Assembly (NCBI RefSeq): GCF_000008645.1
Contig: NC_000916.1
Coordinates: 900,001-932,000 of the forward strand
From: Methanothermobacter thermautotrophicus str. Delta H
GTDB taxonomy: Archaea; Methanobacteriota; Methanobacteria; Methanobacteriales; Methanothermobacteraceae
Reading direction: 5' to 3'
DNA length: 32,000 nt
This document shows, piece by piece, positions 26,131 through 32,000 of the stretch. The translations under genes and the position numbers were made by a program. The notes below the pieces were generated by a model that did no database searches, was not told the origin of the DNA, and saw only the letters and a list, made by a program, of their open reading frames with translations. The first letter of the stretch is position 1. Every line of letters begins with the position of its first letter.

Positions 26131-27339
26131 TCATTTTAGATCTTTGCAGTTAAAGAGCTTTGCGCACATGCTCAGAAATTCCTCATCGCCCCTCTCAGCC
26201 GCCTGCCGGATGCTGATGGCTATATCATGGAATATCTTATCCACGATGGACCTGCTGAGGGCCTCAATAACCCCCTCAGGGTCAGAGGAGTTCATGATCT
26301 TATTGAGGGCCCTTTCTGCCTCGCGCCTGCGGAGTGACTCCATATTGCCCCTCACCTCTGCAAGGAGGGGTTCAACCTCCATGTGTTTGAGGGACCTCAG
26401 GAGGAGCTTAAGTTCACCTTCAACAATTCTTTCAGCCTCCCTCGCCTCTGCCTCCCTCCTTCTCCGGTTCTCTTCCGCCACTCCCCTCAGATCATCGATT
26501 GTGAAGAGTCTGATGCCAAGTTCTCTTACCGACTCCTCTATGTCACGTGGGTTGGCTATGTCCACCATGACCACAGCGGATCTCCTCTCCGGAGGTATTG
26601 CGTCCCTGACACGTTCACGGGTCAGAATGTAGTGGGGTGAGCCTGTGGCACTGATAACAACGTCTGCGTCCCTGAGGGCCCTGTTGAGCCTGTCAAAGTG
26701 TATAGCATCTCCACCGAGTTCACATGCCAGCTGGTAGGCCCTCTCATAGGTCCTGTTGGCCACCATTATGGCGCTGAGGTGCTTCTCTGCAAGTGCCCTT
26801 GCAACGAGGGTCCCCATCTTACCTGCCCCTATGGCAAGGACCTTCCTGCACTTCAGATCTCCGTGTATGGATTCTGCAAGGTCAACCGCTGCTGACCCTA
26901 TGGAAACAGAGCCCCTGTTTATCTGGGTCTTCCTCCTGACGGTCTGCCCCACATGGACTGCCTTGGTGAACACCATGTCCAGGACCGGGCCGCAGGTCCC
27001 TTCACGCAGGGCCTGAACCCTTGCAGCCTTTATCTGGCCGAGTATCTGGTCCTCCCCTATTATCATGGATTCAAGACCGGATGCGAGTCTCAGGATATGT
27101 CTGAGGGCATCCTCATCCCCTTCAACCGTGAATCCATCGAACTCAAAGCCCGGGGGTATCTCCTGGACTGAAAGGTAGTATTCGATGCGGTTGCAGGTCC
27201 TTATTGGGACCTTCTCCATCACAGTTCCACTGGACTCAAGTTCAGCCACAATGGCCTCCATCCTCTCATGTGAGGACTCCATGGTCTTCACATCGGATGT
27301 CTTGTGGTCCAGCCTTATGTTGAGAATCACCTGCAACAC
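26131..27339 (-). CDS. hemA: Glutamyl-tRNA reductase.
   Basis: LDHKTSDV, catalytic-Cys context RTCNRIEYY, NADPH site AIGAGKMG. GTG start overlaps the end of sirC by 13 nt. Confidence 0.95.
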   Translation of the reverse strand: MLQVILNIRLDHKTSDVKTMESSHERMEAIVAELESSGTVMEKVPIRTCNRIEYYLSVQEIPPGFEFDGFTVEGDEDALRHILRLASGLESMIIGEDQILGQIKAARVQALREGTCGPVLDMVFTKAVHVGQTVRRKTQINRGSVSIGSAAVDLAESIHGDLKCRKVLAIGAGKMGTLVARALAEKHLSAIMVANRTYERAYQLACELGGDAIHFDRLNRALRDADVVISATGSPHYILTRERVRDAIPPERRSAVVMVDIANPRDIEESVRELGIRLFTIDDLRGVAEENRRRREAEAREAERIVEGELKLLLRSLKHMEVEPLLAEVRGNMESLRRREAERALNKIMNSSDPEGVIEALSRSIVDKIFHDIAISIRQAAERGDEEFLSMCAKLFNCKDLK

Positions 27340-27947
27340 CCCAGCCGTTCCCTGATTATGATTTCAGCCCTTTCAACTGCCCCATCAAGGTCTCCCCCTT
27401 CAATCATCTCCCTCACCCCGGGGTCCTCTGAAATTTCATAGAGTATCCTGCGCCTCTTCCTGTGATCACCGGCCTCACCCATTAGAATCCTCCTTGCCCT
27501 GTCCTGGACCTCGATCATGAGGAGGTCCTGGGGGCTGATGGCCTCCTGGATCCTCTCCCTCAGATACCTTGCCATGAGGGGGCTCTTTGTCCCCGTGAAG
27601 ATCGATACTGAAACCTCTCCAATGTTGAAGGTGGCCGGGACCACGACGTTACCCCTTGAGGGATCATCTGCCCTGTTTATCAGTTTACCGCCTGCAAGTT
27701 CAGTCACCCTTTCATTCAGGTCTCCGTCAGGACTTGCTGCCACTATGAGGTCGGCCCACTCCACCCAGTACTCAAGGTCGTCCTCCCTGGCAGGAATGGT
27801 TCCCTCAATTTCTGATGTGCCGATAACCGCGACCTCTGCTCCTGCTTTAAGGAATCTTTCAGCCCTCCTCCTCCCCACCGTACCGGAGCCAACGATGAGG
27901 ACCCTTCTACCATCCATGTCTATGTAGATGGGTGTGAGGGACATCAT
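27327..27947 (-). CDS. sirC: Precorrin-2 dehydrogenase / sirohydrochlorin-forming enzyme (CysG N-terminal-domain-like, SirC).
   Basis: RRVLIVGSGTVGRRRAERFLKAGAEVAVIG is a Rossmann motif. The size of about 206 aa is typical of SirC/Met8-like proteins. Confidence 0.85.
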   Translation of the reverse strand: MMSLTPIYIDMDGRRVLIVGSGTVGRRRAERFLKAGAEVAVIGTSEIEGTIPAREDDLEYWVEWADLIVAASPDGDLNERVTELAGGKLINRADDPSRGNVVVPATFNIGEVSVSIFTGTKSPLMARYLRERIQEAISPQDLLMIEVQDRARRILMGEAGDHRKRRRILYEISEDPGVREMIEGGDLDGAVERAEIIIRERLGCCR

Positions 27948-27955
27948 ATCATCCG

Positions 27956-28423
27956 TCAGAGGGACTTCATTCTCAGTATCTTCATTGCCGTCCTGAGGTC
28001 GTTGCCCGCATCCTCAAGGGCCTCCCTGGCCTCCTCGGGAGTTACGTCGAAGGCATCTGCCAGGGCCTTCACGCTCTCTGTGTCAGGTTCTGATGTGCCG
28101 ACAAGTTCCTCGGAGAGTTTCTTCTTGAGTTCCATGTACTCCTCGGTGCTCATGTTTATCCTCTTCATTGCCATGTCCCTCAGGGGGCATGGTTTTGATG
28201 GCTTGCAGCACCATACCAGGGATCCGAAGCATGTCCCCTGGCCCTCCCCGAGCCTTGTTCTCTTTGCAAATGACTCCTTGATTTCAATGTAATCCTGGGG
28301 TGTGAGCCCTGCCTCCTCGAGGGCTATCATTATGGGGCAGGGTTTAACCGGTGGGCAGCAGAAGGTGAGTGCCCTCTTATCACCACCCCTGCAAACATGG
28401 GATGGTGCATCGCTCCATACCAA
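27956..28423 (-). CDS. Methanogenesis-marker-9 domain protein (Cys-rich, duplicated [F/W]CCxxxKPCP motif) with a C-terminal UBA/NAC-like helical tail.
   Basis: [23 protein letters not shown] and [19 protein letters not shown] give eight Cys in total. C-terminus [25 protein letters not shown]. The family assignment is from memory of the TIGRFAMs/COG4008 description. Confidence 0.8.
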   Translation of the reverse strand: MVWSDAPSHVCRGGDKRALTFCCPPVKPCPIMIALEEAGLTPQDYIEIKESFAKRTRLGEGQGTCFGSLVWCCKPSKPCPLRDMAMKRINMSTEEYMELKKKLSEELVGTSEPDTESVKALADAFDVTPEEAREALEDAGNDLRTAMKILRMKSL

Positions 28424-28504
28424 ACAAAGTCCTCCTTTATTAACTATATTTACTATTAATAAAACATCATGGTTAACAGATACTTTAATGGCTTTAATTA
28501 CAGT

Positions 28505-28545
28505 TTAATAAATAAATAAATTGTGGTTCCCCTGATTAAGAGGGG
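28505..28545 (-). terminator. Candidate terminator or attenuator after atwA: a short hairpin followed by a T-rich tract on the minus strand.
   Basis: The stem cccct/agggg (28529-28533 / 28541-28545, 7-nt loop) begins 5 nt after the atwA stop. It is followed on the transcript by TTTATTTATTTATT. Confidence 0.35.
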
Positions 28546-28550
28546 TCTAT

Positions 28551-30143
28551 TTACTCCCTGAACATCTTACTCTTCTCATCGGGTGTGAGGTCACCGACGA
28601 TTGACTCGGGGTCACCTGTCTTTAGAATCCTGCCGCCCCTCATGAGGGATGCCCTGTCACATACATCCAGTACAAAGTCCATGTCATGGGATATTATGAG
28701 GAATGTCTGATTCAGTTCCTCCCTTGCCTTGAGGATTGAATCTGTGACCTGCACCCTGGTTATGGGGTCCATTGTACCTGTCGGCTCGTCAAGTATTATT
28801 ATGCGTGGCTCCTTGATGAGGACCTGGGCAAGGGCGACCCTGTGCCTCTCACCACCTGAAAGTTCATCCGGATATTTGTTCAGGATGCTCTCGGCGTATT
28901 TATCGTCGAAGCCAACCGTCTTCAGGACGTATACAGCCCTCATCTTTGCGAATTCATCGGGCAGCTCCAGGCTTATGGCCTCTGTGAGGTTGCCCAGAAC
29001 ATCCCTGTGGGGGTAGAGGCTGTACTCCTGGTGCAGTATTCCAAGGTAGGGTGTTACACGGCCACGGCCGAGGGGTCCCTTCTCGGTCATGTCAATCCAT
29101 TCATCACCGAGCCTCACACAGACCTTCCCGCTGCTGGGCTCTGTGATACCTATTATTATCCTGGATAGGGTTGTCTTCCCGGCACCGCTTAGGCCAACAA
29201 CACCAAAGATCTCGCCCTCATAGACCGTGAGGTCAACCCCATCAACTGCCTTAACAACACCCCTGTCAATGGAGTAGTAGTGTTTCTTGACATCAACCAT
29301 CTTTATTATGGGGTTTTCCTGCTCGAATTCCTTGGCCTTTTCAGGGGCGGGTACCTGTTCCATGAACCTGGCCACCACTGTGTCCGGGTCTCCCTCCTCA
29401 ACAATTTCGCCCTTCTCGATCCATATGGCGTAGTCTGAGAGGTCGCTCATGACCTCTGGCCAGTGGGAGGTTATGATCATTGTGATGCCCTTGTCCTTGA
29501 CACCCTCAAGGAGTGCGTCGTGTATGAGTTCCGCTGTCTGGGGGTCCAGTGTACCTGTTGGTTCATCTGCCAGGAAGAGCATGGGTTCCTTTGCAAGCTG
29601 TCTTGCGAGTACGACCCTCTGTTTTTCACCACCACTCAGGTCCCTTGCAATGTGGGTTATCCTGTGGCCCATCTGAGTCATCTCAAGGAGCTCCAGGGCC
29701 CGGTAGAGGGCTGCCTCATATTCAAGCTCGGGCATTGACTTTATGACGTTATCGATTACGGTGTCATCCTCATAAAGGGCGAAGGTCCTCTGCAGCATGA
29801 TGGCTATCCTTCTCCTCACAGCGGCGAATATCTTCTTGTCACAGTTCCAGAAATCGACCTCCTCCAGTGCAAAGCTTGATCCGCAGGAGCAGTTCCTGCC
29901 ATCAAAGGATGGTGGCTCCACACGAAGGCATTCAGGACATATGGCGACGTTGTAGATCACCCGACCGCTGTCTGGTCGGTACTCCTTCATACCACGGAGC
30001 ATGTTGATGAGAACTGATTTTCCGGCTCCACTCCTTCCGAGTATACCCAGAACCTTGCCCTCATCGATTTCAACACTGATATCCCTTAGAACCTCAACAC
30101 CCTTAAACTTCTTTGTGACATTTTCCAGTTTTATGAAAGACAT
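28551..30143 (-). CDS. atwA: Methyl-coenzyme M reductase system component A2 (double ABC-type ATPase).
   Basis: Two Walker A sites ([18 protein letters not shown]), two ABC signatures ([16 protein letters not shown]), and a Cys-rich insert [22 protein letters not shown]. The start at 30143 (MSFIKLENV) follows GAGGGTGAGGA. Confidence 0.9.
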   Translation of the reverse strand: MSFIKLENVTKKFKGVEVLRDISVEIDEGKVLGILGRSGAGKSVLINMLRGMKEYRPDSGRVIYNVAICPECLRVEPPSFDGRNCSCGSSFALEEVDFWNCDKKIFAAVRRRIAIMLQRTFALYEDDTVIDNVIKSMPELEYEAALYRALELLEMTQMGHRITHIARDLSGGEKQRVVLARQLAKEPMLFLADEPTGTLDPQTAELIHDALLEGVKDKGITMIITSHWPEVMSDLSDYAIWIEKGEIVEEGDPDTVVARFMEQVPAPEKAKEFEQENPIIKMVDVKKHYYSIDRGVVKAVDGVDLTVYEGEIFGVVGLSGAGKTTLSRIIIGITEPSSGKVCVRLGDEWIDMTEKGPLGRGRVTPYLGILHQEYSLYPHRDVLGNLTEAISLELPDEFAKMRAVYVLKTVGFDDKYAESILNKYPDELSGGERHRVALAQVLIKEPRIIILDEPTGTMDPITRVQVTDSILKAREELNQTFLIISHDMDFVLDVCDRASLMRGGRILKTGDPESIVGDLTPDEKSKMFRE

Positions 30144-30236
30144 GTCCTCACCCTCAGTTACCAGAATCAACATTGTCAGTAAACATGAATCTGTATATTC
30201 TTTTGATGAAGCGACTATTAAAATTTTCCTAAATTT

Positions 30237-30965
30237 TTAGTCTGAATTAAATTTCAGTTCCCTGAGGTTGAAACCGAGTCTGCCGGATATTGCCGCCCTT
30301 GCAACCGACACAGCATCAGCCCCTGCTGCAAGCATTGCCCTCGCGGATTCAATGTCCCTCACAGAATTGTTACCTATGAGGATGGAGTCCCCCTTCACCT
30401 CTGAAACAAGGGATACGAGTTCCAGGTCAGCCCTGTCCTCCCCGGGTTTCATTGCATCGAGGTGGATGTAGTCGACCCCCAGGTCAGCCAGGACCCCTGC
30501 CACCCCGACGGTGTCAGCTCCAGGTACGTTTCCACGTATCTTGACTGAAACCTCAGATCTCGCCTTCCCTGTAACCTCCGCTGTGAAGTCCTCCAGGAAT
30601 TCAGGATCCATGAGCATTGACTGGCCTGCCCCTATTTCTGTTATCTCCGGCTGTCTGCAGTGTGCATTGATCTCAACAACGTCAACAGACTCAATGGAGG
30701 AGATTTCCACTATTCTTTCAGGTTCAAGGGCTCTGATGTTCACTGAGACCATTACATCGAACCTCTCCTTTATCCTTGAGGCCTCATGATTGATGATTGA
30801 TCTCAGTTCAGAACAGTCAAAATCAAATTCAGGTCTGCCCCTCTGAGCTATGAGCCTGCCGGCCCTGGAGGTCTCTCTATCCGCATTGTAGCCTCCAAGG
30901 GTGACCATGTCGAATCCATAGGGGATAAGTTTCAGGCAGAATTCCGCGTCACTTATTCCTGCCAT
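30237..30965 (-). CDS. Dus/NifR3-family FMN-type TIM-barrel protein (tRNA-dihydrouridine-synthase-like, function unassigned here).
   Basis: It is colinear with Dus motifs: (LAP)MAGISD vs APMAGITD, VEINAHCRQPE...GAGQSMLMDPEF vs DINMGCPAKK...AGSALLQYP, VSVKIRG vs VTLKIRTG, and ILIGNNSVRDIESARAMLAAGADAVSVARAA vs VIANGDI...GADALMIGRAA. Confidence 0.75.
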   Translation of the reverse strand: MAGISDAEFCLKLIPYGFDMVTLGGYNADRETSRAGRLIAQRGRPEFDFDCSELRSIINHEASRIKERFDVMVSVNIRALEPERIVEISSIESVDVVEINAHCRQPEITEIGAGQSMLMDPEFLEDFTAEVTGKARSEVSVKIRGNVPGADTVGVAGVLADLGVDYIHLDAMKPGEDRADLELVSLVSEVKGDSILIGNNSVRDIESARAMLAAGADAVSVARAAISGRLGFNLRELKFNSD

Positions 30966-31030
30966 GGGGGCCAGGACCCTTATGCTATCAGCAACCCTGA
31001 TTTTTTATGGAGAATCAATCTGATTAGATA

Positions 31031-31780
31031 CTATTCCTTCATCACATGGACAAGGTCATAGGTGAAGCCGCCCCTTATTTCCTCAAGGGCAAGGTCAGCC
31101 AGGTTGGCCGCCTTCTCGGCTGTCGGGGCCTTTCCTATACCCGCCTTAAGGGCCACGTTTATCTCATCATCTATCTCATTGATTATCCTCAGGAGCCCCT
31201 GAGGTTCAAGACCATTGCAGGGGGACATGAAGTTATCTCCGCCTATGAAGAAGAGGAGGGCGCCCTCCTTTATCAGCTTCTTCATCAGAAAATGCTGAAC
31301 CCTGTTCACGATGAAGGATGTGTCATAGGCAGGTACAATGTCGGTCATCGTCTCTGTGATGCCATTGATATCGATGTGAGCTATCTGCACGTAGCCCTCA
31401 TCCACAAGGCCGTCTATGGCAAGTACCTCCTTCCTCTCCTCTGACTGGGCGCCTCCATGGCTCTGAAGAGCCCTTGAAGCGTTCCTCTGAGCATCGTAGG
31501 GTGTCTCAGCAGCGCCCACACCCATGCTCACGGTTATTGGGTACCTGTTGCCTATGGATTTCTGTATCCTGCGGTGGTCCTCAAGGTCCATTCCATTGGT
31601 GACTGCAAGCATGTTATCGAATCTTGTGAAGAACACCAGTCCCTGGCGGGCAGCAAACTGGCGCTGAAGATCAGCGTAGAGCTCTGCCTGCATTATCTGG
31701 AGATCCGCCTCATTACGGGGGGTTGGTGTGACTGTCCATGGCCCATAATTGTCTATTTGAATTAAGGTCATCTGTATCAT
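31031..31780 (-). CDS. gch3: GTP cyclohydrolase III (forms FAPy for riboflavin/F420 biosynthesis).
   Basis: [28 protein letters not shown]...[15 protein letters not shown] closely resembles the MJ0145-type GCH III N-terminus as I recall it. Confidence 0.9.
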   Translation of the reverse strand: MIQMTLIQIDNYGPWTVTPTPRNEADLQIMQAELYADLQRQFAARQGLVFFTRFDNMLAVTNGMDLEDHRRIQKSIGNRYPITVSMGVGAAETPYDAQRNASRALQSHGGAQSEERKEVLAIDGLVDEGYVQIAHIDINGITETMTDIVPAYDTSFIVNRVQHFLMKKLIKEGALLFFIGGDNFMSPCNGLEPQGLLRIINEIDDEINVALKAGIGKAPTAEKAANLADLALEEIRGGFTYDLVHVMKE

Positions 31781-32000
31781 AATATTTCACCCAAAAGTAT
31801 TCTGGCCAACATTATTTTATCCCCTATGTTTTCCATGTTGGTCTTTGTTATTGTCACCTCTTTTATTAGTTTTTCTATTTCCCCCTTGAGATCAGAATCG
31901 GTTTCATCGATTACCAGTCTGTCAAGAAAATCTGCGTAGATCTCTGCAACCCCAAGACTTGAGGCATCATAGCCCTTCGCCTCCATGAATTTCCCGGCTG
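31777..32000 (-). CDS. cofD: 2-phospho-L-lactate transferase (F420 biosynthesis), C-terminal part. The gene continues beyond the window.
   Basis: The frame is open to position 32000 (..[34 protein letters not shown]), which matches the CofD C-terminal region. ATGA overlap with gch3. Confidence 0.75.
   Translation of the reverse strand, partial: AGKFMEAKGYDASSLGVAEIYADFLDRLVIDETDSDLKGEIEKLIKEVTITKTNMENIGDKIMLARILLGEIL

Noticed and set aside
25497-26632. A 161-aa minus ORF antisense to the AAA ATPase gene and a 215-aa plus ORF antisense to hemA.
   Set aside because: Both overlap genes with clear catalytic motifs on the opposite strand. Both are Ser/Leu/Arg-rich and I recognise no family in either.
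28505-28522. (AATA)n-like microsatellite taataaataaataaatt.
   Set aside because: It has only about four units and reads as part of the T-rich terminator tract on the coding (minus) strand.
1-32000. A search for CRISPR arrays, tRNA/rRNA genes, transposases, integrases, toxin-antitoxin pairs and defence islands.
   Set aside because: None was found. All repeats are short and intergenic without regular spacer-repeat periodicity. No cloverleaf-capable GC-rich segments appear in the spacers, and no ORF has recombinase or nuclease-defence signatures. GC content and codon usage look uniform by eye, which argues against a recently acquired island.

Overview
The window looks like a chromosomal segment of a hydrogenotrophic methanogen of the Methanobacteriales. 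From recollection of the protein sequences, not from a search, it is most consistent with Methanothermobacter (about 50% GC). It is densely coding, with 32 CDS or CDS fragments. I found no rRNA, tRNA, CRISPR array, transposase or integrase. Left to right: ycaO (5' partial) and tfuA (McrA thioglycine machinery), a LarE-family PP-loop sulfurtransferase, then a minus-strand operon (amidohydrolase, UspA, 4xCBS protein, unknown 141-aa protein). Next come a secreted protein with clan-CD-peptidase-like, PKD and CARDB domains, rimI-carA-carB, a UPF0146 protein, a P2-type cation ATPase, cbiJ and moeA. An informational cluster follows (aIF1A, Rio1, Dim2-like KH protein, top6B, top6A), then archaeal gap, an endonuclease-IV-like TIM barrel and an AMA-like AAA+ ATPase. 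The window ends with a long minus-strand cofactor and MCR-activation cluster: cofD (partial), GTP cyclohydrolase III, a Dus/NifR3-like TIM barrel, atwA (MCR component A2), a methanogenesis-marker-9 Cys-rich protein, sirC and hemA. The strongest leads are two gene sets. (1) The Dus-like barrel, atwA and marker-9 protein have no assigned function as a group and sit directly upstream of the sirohydrochlorin (F430 precursor) genes. (2) A LarE-type sulfur-insertion enzyme sits next to ycaO-tfuA. In addition, two conserved genes (tfuA, carB) are clearly broken by single-nucleotide frame changes at identifiable positions, and two more (the LarE-like C-terminus and the Dus-like N-terminus) may be. These could be sequencing errors, real pseudogenisation or recoding. 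Several intergenic regions carry structured direct or tandem repeats that gene annotation does not explain.
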